From Parcubacteria group bacterium Gr01-1014_31 (GTDB lineage: Bacteria; Patescibacteriota; Patescibacteriia; Buchananbacterales; GWA2-38-13), in assembly GCA_007376135.1 (NCBI GenBank), contig VMFR01000003.1, positions 75,660 to 139,659 on the forward strand: 64,000 bases of DNA, written 5' to 3'. The position numbers and the translations under genes were made by a program. Of this stretch, positions 37,618-46,590 are shown piece by piece. Every line of letters starts with the position of its first letter. Within the stretch, counting starts at the first letter, position 1. Below the pieces are notes generated by a model. It saw only the letters and a program-made list of their open reading frames with translations, was not told the origin of the DNA and ran no database searches.

Positions 37618-38430
37618 TTAATTAGGATTGGGCTTCACGTGACTTTTGATAAGAATTTTTACTACTGCTTCAAGTTTTAGTGTCTCTACATCTTGATTAA
37701 ATTGACCATGGGGAATCTTTGGGATTACGGCATTGGGAATATTGCCGTGCGCTGTTGGGTTACCCCACTTCAAAATTATTTTTATGAAATCATCTTCGGT
37801 GATAGTCCCCCGCGCTTCTGGCGAGAGGGCTCTATACATGTTCGCTGCTTTTGTTCTCCCGCCACGGTTTAGTGATGTAATAATTTCGATAATACGTATA
37901 TAGCCTAAGAACCTCCAGCCAAGTTCGTTATATAAATCCGTCGCCGATCTCCACAGATAAAAGACATCCTCGTATTTTTTGTATATGTCGAAGGACGGTA
38001 AGTTTTCTACCAATTTACAATTTGTTCGATGGAAAATGATACCACCCGAAACGCTGGATTGTCCGCCCATGAGCAAAGGCCTCTTCCGTCTATCAAGATT
38101 TAACGTAAAAGTGGCATCGTCATAGACTTGGAAAAAATCGTAGTTTGATAAAAAGAATGGAACTTGGAATATCCCCGCCAAATAAGCAGTAATCTTATTA
38201 AGCTTTTCTAATGAGTGATGATAAGCGAGGTAGGGGTCCGTATCCTGAATGCGAATAATTAATGAGATTATATTAGTGCCATCTCTCTCGAAGTGATTAT
38301 CTAATGTCATTACAGAATTTTCATTAATCCATAGAATGTAATCGTCAGAAGATAAGACTTTTTTGAGTCTTATCCCTGACGCTATAGAGGTGTACTCTAC
38401 GTAAAATTTTTTAGTATTTCCTTCTTCCAT
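37618..38430 (-). CDS. hypothetical protein encoded in a low-GC islet
   Basis: About 36% GC against the 63% background. The ORF extends to 38514, but composition breaks at about 38440, so the start is more likely at MEEGNTKK. No recognisable domain. Confidence 0.5.
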   Translation of the reverse strand: MEEGNTKKFYVEYTSIASGIRLKKVLSSDDYILWINENSVMTLDNHFERDGTNIISLIIRIQDTDPYLAYHHSLEKLNKITAYLAGIFQVPFFLSNYDFFQVYDDATFTLNLDRRKRPLLMGGQSSVSGGIIFHRTNCKLVENLPSFDIYKKYEDVFYLWRSATDLYNELGWRFLGYIRIIEIITSLNRGGRTKAANMYRALSPEARGTITEDDFIKIILKWGNPTAHGNIPNAVIPKIPHGQFNQDVETLKLEAVVKILIKSHVKPNPN

Positions 38431-38840
38431 ACTTTTGGTACTAAGATGTAACCCAATGCGCCCATTGGAGAAATTTAGGCAGCATTGCGCCGTGAGGAGG
38501 AGCGTTCCCGCCACGGGAAATTTCGCGACTGTCTGAGGGCGCCCCCGGGGCGGCCGAGTTAGCGAAATTAGCCGACGAGGAACGGCTCAATGCTCTAAAT
38601 TTGGACACGGGGCGCGACTTTGGCGGTACCTTCGCGCCTACAGCACCTTAACTTGGTTCATCTTCGTCGCTTTTGCGGTGGCCGGGTTCTTGGGGCTGGT
38701 CGGCATCACTACACTGGTGGCATCCGCAGGTCGGTAGATTTTCAGACGGAAAGTTTGTCGTGCCGAAGCGCCTGGCGGATGCCGGGCGCTTTTGGATGTG
38801 TCTCAACATCCTTGGTCTCTCTGCGGGAAGGAGAATTATT

Positions 38841-38870
38841 CCCCCTTACGAAGGAGGGGTGAGGGGAGGT
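38841..38870 (+). repeat. GC-rich hairpin repeat, copy 1 (cccccttacgaaggaggggtgaggggaggt)
   Basis: About 90% identical to copy 3 and inverted relative to copy 2; brackets the DUF559 gene. Confidence 0.6.
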
Positions 38871-39226
38871 GACGGGAGATGGCGGACGATACTATCCAGC
38901 ACGGCATCGCGGTTGTGGTAGATGTCCGTGTTTGTGAAACGAAGCACGGTCATGCCCAGCGACTGGAGATACGCTTGTCGTCGAACGTCGTAGGTGACCG
39001 CGGATGGCGTGACGTGTGAGTCGCCATCAATTTCAATTGCTACGTGCGTCCGCGGGCAGTAGAAATCAACGATGAAAGGGCCGATGCTGACCTGACGACG
39101 GAATTTATAGCCGTTGAGATGTTTGCCGCGCAGGTAATACCACAGTAGAAGTTCGGCGAATGGCATACGGTTTCGCAGTCCGCGCCGCCGTGTTCGTTGT
39201 TCGGTTTGATTGAAAATTTTGGTCAT
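38846..39226 (-). CDS. DUF559 (Vsr/MutH-like endonuclease fold) domain protein
   Basis: FRRQVSIGPFIVDFYC...VAIEIDGDSH...VLRFTN motif series typical of DUF559. Confidence 0.75.
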   Translation of the reverse strand: MTKIFNQTEQRTRRRGLRNRMPFAELLLWYYLRGKHLNGYKFRRQVSIGPFIVDFYCPRTHVAIEIDGDSHVTPSAVTYDVRRQAYLQSLGMTVLRFTNTDIYHNRDAVLDSIVRHLPSPPLTPPS

Positions 39227-39275
39227 CGTTTTACGTCTTTTAACCCCCAGGATACAACGTATCCACCCCCTCTAG

Positions 39276-39296
39276 CTCCCCCTTCGTAAGGGGGAG
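39276..39296 (+). repeat. GC-rich hairpin repeat, copy 2 (inverted palindromic form: ctccccctt-cgt-aagggggag)
   Basis: Shares a core with copies 1 and 3. Confidence 0.5.
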
Positions 39297-39338
39297 AATA
39301 TTTCGCAAGGGGAGGAACTTTTTATATCGTCAGTTCTT

Positions 39339-39370
39339 CCCCTCCTTACGAAGGAGGGGGTAGGGGAGGT
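39339..39370 (+). repeat. GC-rich hairpin repeat, copy 3 (cccctccttacgaaggagggggtaggggaggt)
   Basis: Contains the cccctcctt-acg-aaggagggg hairpin; ends at the stop of the adjacent minus-strand ORF. Confidence 0.6.
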
Positions 39371-39666
39371 TATCCGGTGGCATACCATTCGCTCAACCGC
39401 CACGATAGCCGGCGGGTGGAAAAGGCCAGTTTGAAATAGTTGGCGGCGTCGGAAACGTTGAAGTAGTAGATGATATCCTCGCCGTCGCGTTCGCGGTGCA
39501 CCAGGTTGAGTTTCTCGACCTGATATTTTTTTCCGCGCCAGCGAAAAACGAGCGGCATGACTTTGTTGCCGGCAATACGGGGTTTTACGACCGGCCGGTC
39601 AACACAGGCCAAGACCGGAGAAAAGCTGGCCAGGACCTCGATGGGCTCATCAATTACTTCTTGCAT
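39370..39666 (-). CDS. hypothetical protein
   Basis: 98-aa ORF, no recognisable domain. Confidence 0.35.
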   Translation of the reverse strand: MQEVIDEPIEVLASFSPVLACVDRPVVKPRIAGNKVMPLVFRWRGKKYQVEKLNLVHRERDGEDIIYYFNVSDAANYFKLAFSTRRLSWRLSEWYATG

Positions 39667-39873
39667 AGCAGGATGGTGGTAGCAAATTTATCATGCCGGC
39701 GATTTCCTTGATTCTTACTTCCTGCTTCTTGATTCTTCCGTTAGACGCACCAGCAGGGGAGCGTGCGGTTGCGGGCAAAGATCCGCCGCAGGCGCTTGTG
39801 CTGCATGTAGTCAAAGCAGTAGCGCCAGAGCAGTTTGTTGATGGCTTTTGCCATAGATAATTAATGTTACGTG

Positions 39874-40497
39874 TTAGGTGGTTTGGAATTTTCTGATGAT
39901 GCCCCGCACCACGCCCTGGATCAGGGGGTCTTTGGCGTAGATGGGCTGCATCGCGGCGTTGGCCGGCTGTAGCCGGATGCGGTTTTGCTCGCGGTAGAAT
40001 TTTTTTAACGTGGCGTAGGCGTTGTCCAGCAGTGCCACCACCACGTCGCCGTTCTTGGGACTCGGATTGCGCTGCACGATGACTAGGTCGCCGTCCAATA
40101 TCCCTTCATTCACCATGGACTGTCCGCGGACCTTCAGCACGTAGGTGTTGGCAGGGTCGGCGACCAGGTCGGCGGGCACGGCGATGGCCTCGTTGCTGTC
40201 GGCCGCTGCGTCGGTGTCGATGGGTTTACCGGCGGTGATGAGGCCGGCGAGCGGCACTAGCACGGCCCTGGAGATATTCAGCGCGGCGTTGATGGGCTGC
40301 AGTGCGCCACCGCGGCCGCCTGGCAGCTTGAGGTAGCCCTTGGCTTCCAGGGTAGCCAGGTGCTCGGCCACGGTGGCCTTCGACCGCAGTTTGAAATTTT
40401 TAGCGATCTCCTCGTAGGTGGGGGAGTACCCCTCGCCTTGGAGAGTGCCCAGAACGTATTTCAGGATGGCCGATTGTTTTTTGGTAAGCGATTTCAT
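39874..40497 (-). CDS. lexA: LexA repressor
   Basis: Start placed at MKSLTKKQSAILKYV (wHTH), Ala-Gly cleavage site region, S24 peptidase Ser/Lys motifs (GQSM, KRVIGV-like); the upstream 160 codons of the ORF are not LexA-like. Confidence 0.9.
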   Translation of the reverse strand: MKSLTKKQSAILKYVLGTLQGEGYSPTYEEIAKNFKLRSKATVAEHLATLEAKGYLKLPGGRGGALQPINAALNISRAVLVPLAGLITAGKPIDTDAAADSNEAIAVPADLVADPANTYVLKVRGQSMVNEGILDGDLVIVQRNPSPKNGDVVVALLDNAYATLKKFYREQNRIRLQPANAAMQPIYAKDPLIQGVVRGIIRKFQTT

Positions 40498-40530
40498 GTG
40501 CTTTAGGTTACGTGTTCCATAACGATAACC

Positions 40531-40545
40531 GAACAAAAACCGAAC
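40531..40545 (-). promoter_or_regulatory. candidate SOS box (GTTC-N7-GTTC direct repeat on the lexA strand)
   Basis: GAACaaaaaccGAAC on the plus strand, 34-48 nt upstream of the lexA ATG; resembles the alphaproteobacterial-type LexA box. Confidence 0.35.
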
Positions 40546-40599
40546 GTCAAGTGGATAACTATAATTGCAAACCATTCGCAATAGTCGTATGGTGACGGT

Positions 40600-40989
40600 A
40601 TGAGTGAGTATCTCGCGCGGGTCCGTCAGGCTGGCTGCCGTCTCACCAAAGCACGGCGGGCGGTCATCGCGTACCTGCAGGCGCATGATGAGCCGCAGAC
40701 CGCCGCAACGGTTCACCGGGGCCTGCGGGGGATGCGGACCGACCTGGCGTCGGTGTACCGGACGCTGGAGCTGCTGGAGCGGCTCGGGGTGGTGAGCCGA
40801 GAATCGGACGGCAAGACCGCTGCCTACGCGCTTGCCGACCACCATCACCATCATATCGTCTGCCGCGGCTGCCATCGTAAAACGTGCCTGCCCTGCGCGC
40901 TGCGCCTGCCCTCGCCGCGCGGGTTTTCCGCCGTCCAGCACCAGGTCGTGCTGACGGGTGTGTGCGCCAGTTGCGCACAATCGTCGTAA
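40600..40989 (+). CDS. Fur-family transcriptional regulator (Zur-like)
   Basis: N-terminal wHTH, HHHHH and CRGC motifs, C-terminal CxxC; located upstream of metal ABC transporter genes. Confidence 0.8.
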   Translation: MSEYLARVRQAGCRLTKARRAVIAYLQAHDEPQTAATVHRGLRGMRTDLASVYRTLELLERLGVVSRESDGKTAAYALADHHHHHIVCRGCHRKTCLPCALRLPSPRGFSAVQHQVVLTGVCASCAQSS

Positions 40990-40994
40990 TATCT

Positions 40995-41717
40995 ATGTCC
41001 GTCAAGACCCCGGCCGCTATTGACGCCCACCATCTGACCGTCCGCTTCGGCCGCGAGACCGTCCTGGATGATGTGACGTTTTCGTTGGCGCGGGGGGAGA
41101 TCGTCGCGGTCATCGGTCCCAACGGTTCAGGCAAGACGACGCTGCTCCAGGCCGTCCTCGGGTTGCAGCCGTACGAGGGTATCATCCGCGTATTCGGCAA
41201 GCCGGTACGGGAAACGCTCGGCAGGATCGGCTACGTGCCGCAGCGGTTCGCTTTCGACCGGACCTTTCCCCTGACGGTCGGCGAATTTTTGCGGCTGCGC
41301 GGCGCCAAACCCAAGCACCGCGACTGGCGCCAGGCGGTGCTCGCTGAGGTCAACTTGACCGGCGGCGAAAGCCAGCCCGTCGGAGAACTCTCCGGCGGCG
41401 AGCTGCAACGATTGCTGATCGCCAACGCCTTGATGGGGGAGCCCGAATTGCTGCTGCTGGATGAGCCGACTGCCGGCGTGGATGTGGCTGGCGAGCGCGG
41501 GTTCTATGAGCTGGTCGCTCATCTGCACCGCAGCCATCAGATGACCGTGCTGATGGTATCCCATGACTTGGCGATGGTGGCGCGACAGGCGACCAAGATC
41601 ATCTGTCTGAACCGCGAATTGGTGTGTTTCGGACCGCCCGCGCAGGCCATTGCCCCCGACGTGCTGCGCCAGCTGTACGGCGAAGGCGCGCACATCGCCG
41701 CGCATCACCCCCATTGA
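40995..41717 (+). CDS. metal ABC transporter ATP-binding protein (ZnuC-like)
   Basis: Walker A GPNGSGKTT, ABC signature LSGGE, Walker B LLLLDEP. Confidence 0.85.
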   Translation: MSVKTPAAIDAHHLTVRFGRETVLDDVTFSLARGEIVAVIGPNGSGKTTLLQAVLGLQPYEGIIRVFGKPVRETLGRIGYVPQRFAFDRTFPLTVGEFLRLRGAKPKHRDWRQAVLAEVNLTGGESQPVGELSGGELQRLLIANALMGEPELLLLDEPTAGVDVAGERGFYELVAHLHRSHQMTVLMVSHDLAMVARQATKIICLNRELVCFGPPAQAIAPDVLRQLYGEGAHIAAHHPH

Positions 41718-41718
41718 T

Positions 41719-42525
41719 ATGCTGCCGACCGGATCTCTCGCCTTGCCGCTGCTCGCCAGCATCGCGCTCGCCGCGGTGTTGTCGTGGCTGGGCGTGTTCG
41801 TGGTGATGAAGAAAATGTCGTTCATTGCCGACGGTATCGCCCATGCCAGTTTGGCGGGGGTCGCGCTGGGAGTTTTGTTCCATGCCGATCCGCTGTACAC
41901 GGCCCTGGCGTTCAGCTTGGGCGTCGGGGTCGTGATCTACTATCTTGAGCGCCGGACCACGCTGCCGGTGGACACCATCATCACGCTGCTGTTCACCGCC
42001 AGCCTCGCGGTCGGCATTTTGCTGATGAGCCGCGAGGGCGGCGACGTGGAGGCGCTGGAGAAGTCGCTGTTCGGCGATGCCGCCGCCATCGGTTGGTCCG
42101 AAGTGGTAACCGTGGCGGTGCTGGCACTGGGCGAGGTGCTGTTTCTCACCCGCTACTACCAGCGGCTCGCGCTGATGATCTTTGACCGTGCCAGCGCGTA
42201 CGTGGCCGGTATCCGGGTGGAACGGCTGCAGCTGGGTTTCTACCTGGCGCTGGTGGTGGCGATTGTCCTGGGCATTAAGATCTTTGGCGTGCTGCTGGTT
42301 GGCGCCTTGATGGTCATTCCCGCGTCGGCGGCAAAATTGGTGTCACGCTCGTTCCACGGCGCCATTGCCTTGTCGGCGATATTTTCCATACTGATCGTGG
42401 GGAGCGGCATGCCGCTGGCGTACGCGTTCGACCTGCCCGCCAGCGCGGTCGTGGTACTCACCGGCGTCATCCTCTTCACCTTCATGATGGGCGTTTCCCG
42501 CTTCGTGTTCGCCCGGCGTTCCTGA
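41719..42525 (+). CDS. ABC-3 family metal permease (ZnuB-like)
   Basis: 8-TM ABC-3 permease fold. Confidence 0.85.
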   Translation: MLPTGSLALPLLASIALAAVLSWLGVFVVMKKMSFIADGIAHASLAGVALGVLFHADPLYTALAFSLGVGVVIYYLERRTTLPVDTIITLLFTASLAVGILLMSREGGDVEALEKSLFGDAAAIGWSEVVTVAVLALGEVLFLTRYYQRLALMIFDRASAYVAGIRVERLQLGFYLALVVAIVLGIKIFGVLLVGALMVIPASAAKLVSRSFHGAIALSAIFSILIVGSGMPLAYAFDLPASAVVVLTGVILFTFMMGVSRFVFARRS

Positions 42526-42584
42526 GTCCGCACGAAAAAAAGATCCAGGGTGTTTGCCCGGATCTTTTATTGCACCACCGGACC

Positions 42585-42740
42585 TTACGCCAGCCGGACG
42601 GCGGCGATCATGAGGCCGATGCTGGTGGTGACCGCCAGGACGACCGCGGTCCATGCCACCACTTTGGCGACAAAGTATTCGGTCGGCCGCGGCTTGCTGC
42701 GGATGAAACGTTGCCCGAGCGCTTTGAGCGGGTTTTGCAT
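42585..42740 (-). CDS. small C-terminally anchored membrane protein, tentative
   Basis: 51 aa counted from MQNPLK, single TM helix; last gene of the rpiB-rpe unit. Confidence 0.3.
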   Translation of the reverse strand: MQNPLKALGQRFIRSKPRPTEYFVAKVVAWTAVVLAVTTSIGLMIAAVRLA

Positions 42741-42756
42741 AGGCCGGAGAGAGAGG

Positions 42757-43386
42757 TTATTGTTCTTGGTCGTCCGACGGGTAGTGCGCGTGGTCGCGGC
42801 CTTTCTTGATCTCACGGATGACCGCCGCCACCAGGCGCTTGGGGTCATGCTCGAACACGATATGCAGCTTCCCGCGTTTCGCGGCCTTCAGGATATCTCT
42901 GATCTCTTTCGTGATACCGCCGGAGTCATCCAGCACGCCGATGACCTTTTTATCCTCGAAGGCGACCGTGAATTCGTTCAGGGTGCCGATGCGGCCGCAG
43001 ACGATGATGACGGCGTCGCTAGAGCGGGTCAAGAGGAGGTTTCTCGCCGCATAGCCCGAGCCGGTGAAGATGATGAGGTCGCTGTATTGGAGCGGCAGCC
43101 GGTACTTGCGGGTGTGCTCCGACGACGTGGAAGCGGGGGAGAACCCGATACAGGTGCCGCCGGCCAGTTTGCAGCCCTTGGCGGCCAGTTGCGGGATGCC
43201 GGTGGTGGCGCCGTGCGTCAGGATGGCGCCGACGCGGGCGATCTCGCGGCCGATGGCAATGGCCTTGTCGCCGGCGAGTTCCAGGCATTCGCCCTGGGCG
43301 GCGCCGGAGACGCAGAGCTTCAGGCTGGGTGCGTAGCGGTGGTTGGACTTAGCGCGACGGCGGATTTTGGTAGGCGTCATGGGCAA
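42757..43386 (-). CDS. TIGR00725 / LOG-like Rossmann-fold protein
   Basis: GxxxGIPQ...GGTCIGF..., PxSxxE and GGxGTLxE motifs of the SLOG/TIGR00725 family; the 5' end overlaps rpe, so the true start is probably internal. Confidence 0.6.
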   Translation of the reverse strand: MPMTPTKIRRRAKSNHRYAPSLKLCVSGAAQGECLELAGDKAIAIGREIARVGAILTHGATTGIPQLAAKGCKLAGGTCIGFSPASTSSEHTRKYRLPLQYSDLIIFTGSGYAARNLLLTRSSDAVIIVCGRIGTLNEFTVAFEDKKVIGVLDDSGGITKEIRDILKAAKRGKLHIVFEHDPKRLVAAVIREIKKGRDHAHYPSDDQEQ

Positions 43387-44011
43387 GGGTGGTCAATTGT
43401 TGAAAAGTGGAGGAAAATCCTTTGGGATGGAGGGCGCTGCCGATGACGAGGAGGTTGGCGCCGGCGGCGGCGAGCTGCGCGACGGTTGCAAGATTGGCGC
43501 CGCCGTCGACTTCGACGTTGCCGTGGGGGTGGATCTGGCGCGCCAGCTTCAACCGCGGCACGGTTTCGGGCAGCAGCGGCTGGCCGCCCCAGCCGGGCTT
43601 GACCCCCATGATCAGCAGGGTATCGGTCAGTCCGAGGAACGGTTGGGCCGCTTCCACCGGCGTTTCGGGGTTCAGTGCGATGCCGGCGAGTTTTCCCAAC
43701 TGGCCGATTGCTTGCAGAATGCGGCGAGGTTCCTGCGTCGTTTCCAGGTGGAAGATGATTTTTTTTACCCACGGGTAGTGCCAGCGGGAGATCTCGTCGG
43801 TGGTGACGTTGGTCATCAGGTGGACCTCGAACGCGAGCCGCGGCTTGCAGCCGTCAATGAATTCCGGGTCGTGGAAAGTTTGGGTCGGCACGAACGTTCC
43901 GTCGGCCACATCCAGCTGCGTCCAAGCAACCTCATGGCGCGAAAGCAGCGAGATGCGGCTGCGGCATTTTGCTGCCGTCGGTACCAGGATGGAAGGGATG
44001 ATCTCTACCAT
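43349..44011 (-). CDS. rpe: ribulose-phosphate 3-epimerase
   Basis: DVADGTFVP... and TIM-barrel Rpe motifs. Confidence 0.88.
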   Translation of the reverse strand: MVEIIPSILVPTAAKCRSRISLLSRHEVAWTQLDVADGTFVPTQTFHDPEFIDGCKPRLAFEVHLMTNVTTDEISRWHYPWVKKIIFHLETTQEPRRILQAIGQLGKLAGIALNPETPVEAAQPFLGLTDTLLIMGVKPGWGGQPLLPETVPRLKLARQIHPHGNVEVDGGANLATVAQLAAAGANLLVIGSALHPKGFSSTFQQLTTLAHDAYQNPPSR

Positions 44012-44024
44012 AACAGCCGTTCGG

Positions 44025-44477
44025 TTAGCGGCCGAGTTTGGACAGCATCGCGACGCGGCGCTGGTGCCTGGGGATACGGCTTTCCTCAGTCTTCAGCCAG
44101 GCGGAGAGGATCTGGCGCGCGCGCGGCAGCGTGGTTTCCCAGGCGGCGAGCACCAGGACGTTGGCATGGTCGTCATGACGTGCCATTTTTGCCGAGAACG
44201 GGGAGCCGCACAGGACCGCGCGTACCCGCCGGTTGCGATTGGCCGCAATGGCCATGCCATGCCCGGAACCGCAGATGAGCACGCCCAGCCCGCGTCCGCG
44301 CGCCACCGCTTGGGCGACGGCCGCCGCGAACACCGGGTAGTCGTCGCGGGGGTCGAGAGTTTTGGCTCCCAAGTCAACCACGCGGCGCCCCCGGCGGGAT
44401 ATCCAGGCGCCAAGCCGTTGCTTGAGGCGAAAGCCGTTGTGGTCGGCGCCAAAAAATATGGAAGGAGTGGTGTGCAT
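44025..44477 (-). CDS. rpiB: ribose-5-phosphate isomerase B
   Basis: GADHNG, ICGSGHGMAIAANR motifs. Confidence 0.88.
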   Translation of the reverse strand: MHTTPSIFFGADHNGFRLKQRLGAWISRRGRRVVDLGAKTLDPRDDYPVFAAAVAQAVARGRGLGVLICGSGHGMAIAANRNRRVRAVLCGSPFSAKMARHDDHANVLVLAAWETTLPRARQILSAWLKTEESRIPRHQRRVAMLSKLGR

Positions 44478-44522
44478 ACCCCTCCCTCTAGTATAGCGGA
44501 GCCGCGGCTCGTCGGCTACGCA

Positions 44523-45245
44523 TTACCAGAACACCAGTTTGAGGCCCACCGCCAGCAGCGCCGCCAGCACCACCTTGCGGAATGCCGCGGCCGGGATGAC
44601 CGCGACGAGTCTTCGTCCTACCCAGGTTCCCAGGAAGCTGCAGGGAACGGCCAAGGCCATGACTTGCAGCAGGTGAGCGTTGAGGTGAACGTCGTTGCTC
44701 AGGTAGATGGGGATGCGCGTGACGTCGGTGACGATGGCCAGCAGCGCGGCGGTCGCTATGTACGTTTCCTTCGGCAGACCGAATGCATTCAGGAACAGCG
44801 AGCGCAGCGCTCCACCGGTGCCGAGGATCCCTGCCGACAACCCCGAGCCCATGCCGCCGACGAGCGCCACCCGCAGTTTTGGCGGGAGCGTGACCAGGCG
44901 GTGGGTAAGCGAATAGGCGGCAAATCCGACCAGGAACAGACCGAGCAGAAGTTCCAGGGCCTTGGTGTCAAGGTTCGCCCACAGCGTGGCCCCGAGGTAG
45001 GAGAATACCACGCTGGCGGCGCCGAAGGGGACGAACACCTCCCACTGGATGGTCCGGAACAGGAAGATCTTGAAGCAGTTGCCGATAACATGTAGCATCG
45101 CCACGACCAGGATCGCCGCTTTGACGTCCAAAAAAAACGACGCCGCCGGCGTGAGCGTGGTGGCGGTGCCAAATCCCGCGACGGTTCCTATGAAGTCGGC
45201 GACGAACACGACCCCCAGGAATATGAGGGTGGTGGCGAGTTCCAT
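44523..45245 (-). CDS. TauE/SafE-family (sulfite exporter-like) membrane protein
   Basis: 7-8 TM helices with duplicated GxGGG-type motifs. Confidence 0.8.
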   Translation of the reverse strand: MELATTLIFLGVVFVADFIGTVAGFGTATTLTPAASFFLDVKAAILVVAMLHVIGNCFKIFLFRTIQWEVFVPFGAASVVFSYLGATLWANLDTKALELLLGLFLVGFAAYSLTHRLVTLPPKLRVALVGGMGSGLSAGILGTGGALRSLFLNAFGLPKETYIATAALLAIVTDVTRIPIYLSNDVHLNAHLLQVMALAVPCSFLGTWVGRRLVAVIPAAAFRKVVLAALLAVGLKLVFW

Positions 45246-45421
45246 ACATTCCAGTGTACGGCGACTCGCAGCGGCAGGAAAGGGCGGTCAAAGGGGATAA
45301 GTACCCGGCAACCTCGATAACCATCAATGCATTTCTTGGCTCACCGCAGGCGAAAGAAAACAGGGATTGACGGGAATCATCCTGCGTGCTAGGCTTGTCA
45401 CAACCTTGACAGTTGAATACG

Positions 45422-45558
45422 GATTATCAAGAGCGTCGCTTGCTTGTCCCGCGTTCGCGGGGCAGAAAGGGTACTGGCCCGATAGCGACCAGCAACTCGA
45501 CCCTCATGCTTGGGGGTGCCAGAGTGCTAACTCCAGCCCATGCGGGGAAGATAATCGC
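45422..45558 (+). promoter_or_regulatory. SAM-I (S-box) riboswitch aptamer
   Basis: UUAUCAAGAG (P1), AGGGUACUGGCCCGAU and CCAGCAAC (P2/kink-turn and junction), GUGCUAACUCCAGC, closing GAAGAUAAUC; extended P2 insertion. Confidence 0.75.
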
Positions 45559-45567
45559 AAGCGAAAG

Positions 45568-45589
45568 CTCTTGTCCCCAAGAGTTTTTT
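45568..45589 (+). terminator. riboswitch expression-platform terminator
   Basis: ctcttg-tcccca-caagag plus tttttt; the 5' arm can alternatively pair with AAGAG of the aptamer P1 region. Confidence 0.6.
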
Positions 45590-45603
45590 GATTGACGTAA
45601 TGA

Positions 45604-45627
45604 CCCTTCCCGACGGAAGGGTTTTTT
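45604..45627 (+). terminator. second tandem hairpin-U terminator
   Basis: cccttcc-cgac-ggaaggg plus tttttt. Confidence 0.5.
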
Positions 45628-45643
45628 CGTCAGTTGCATTCTG

Positions 45644-46510
45644 TTGTCCTTTATGACCACCAGAGGAGTATACGTCATGCACTTTTCCATCAACCGTTTG
45701 CTGCCGCCCGACCTGCAGTGCGAGGGCAGCGGAGACCTTGTCGTGCCCCCATGGGCGTTCCAGCCCGATGCCTGGAGCTTCGCCTTTCTCCGCGGGTTGC
45801 GGCGGGAAGCGACCGCGCTGAACGGGAAGAAGGTCTGGGAGATCGGCGTTGGCACCGGGCTCAACCTGATGCTATTGGCGCAGTGGTGCCCGCGATCCGT
45901 CTTTTACTTCTCCGACCTCAACCCGGACTGCACGCCGTTGGCCCGGCGCAACATCGGCGATCAGCTCGATGGCCGCGGCCGTCCGCTCGAGGGCCAGTGG
46001 GACCTCGTTTCCCGCCTCGATCGGGCGAGCGTGCCGCCCCGCGTTGATGCGGTCATCGCCTGCATTCCGCAGGTACCCACGGCGCTTGACCTCTCGGTGG
46101 GCGATAACCTTGCCCACTACTACCGCCCGGAACACTACCGGGAGGCTCACCTGCACGCGCTCGGACTCGGTCTCAATGAGGCATTGCTCCGGCGGGCCCG
46201 CAGCGTGCTGGCTCCGGGCGGTCAGGTGATCCTGAACCTTGGCGGTCGGCCAGGGGTCGCCCGACTGGTCGCGATGTTCCAGGAATGCGGGTATCGCTGT
46301 CGGACCGTCCATGAGGAGGTCATTCCGCAGCACCGCGAGACCTCGCTTTCCACCCTTGCCGGCCTGGAAGCCGGTGGTCAGGAGGACTTCGAGTTCTTCG
46401 CTGACGCGTCAGCAACGATGCGCATCAACGCCCGCGTGGCCGAGCCCCGTCGGTTGGCGAGCCAGCCGGTCTTCCACAAGATCTACGTGGTCGCCGGTAG
46501 CGCCGCGTAA
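45644..46510 (+). CDS. class I SAM-dependent methyltransferase (substrate unknown)
   Basis: Motif I VWEIGVGTGLN; the start may instead be at MHFSINRLL (45677). Confidence 0.65.
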   Translation: MSFMTTRGVYVMHFSINRLLPPDLQCEGSGDLVVPPWAFQPDAWSFAFLRGLRREATALNGKKVWEIGVGTGLNLMLLAQWCPRSVFYFSDLNPDCTPLARRNIGDQLDGRGRPLEGQWDLVSRLDRASVPPRVDAVIACIPQVPTALDLSVGDNLAHYYRPEHYREAHLHALGLGLNEALLRRARSVLAPGGQVILNLGGRPGVARLVAMFQECGYRCRTVHEEVIPQHRETSLSTLAGLEAGGQEDFEFFADASATMRINARVAEPRRLASQPVFHKIYVVAGSAA

Positions 46511-46590
46511 CGTCCTCGGAGCGGCTGCTGGTCACTCCCGCAGCCGCTCCCACTCTTTTTCTCCACCTGCTCAAGTAACGCGAAAAATCT

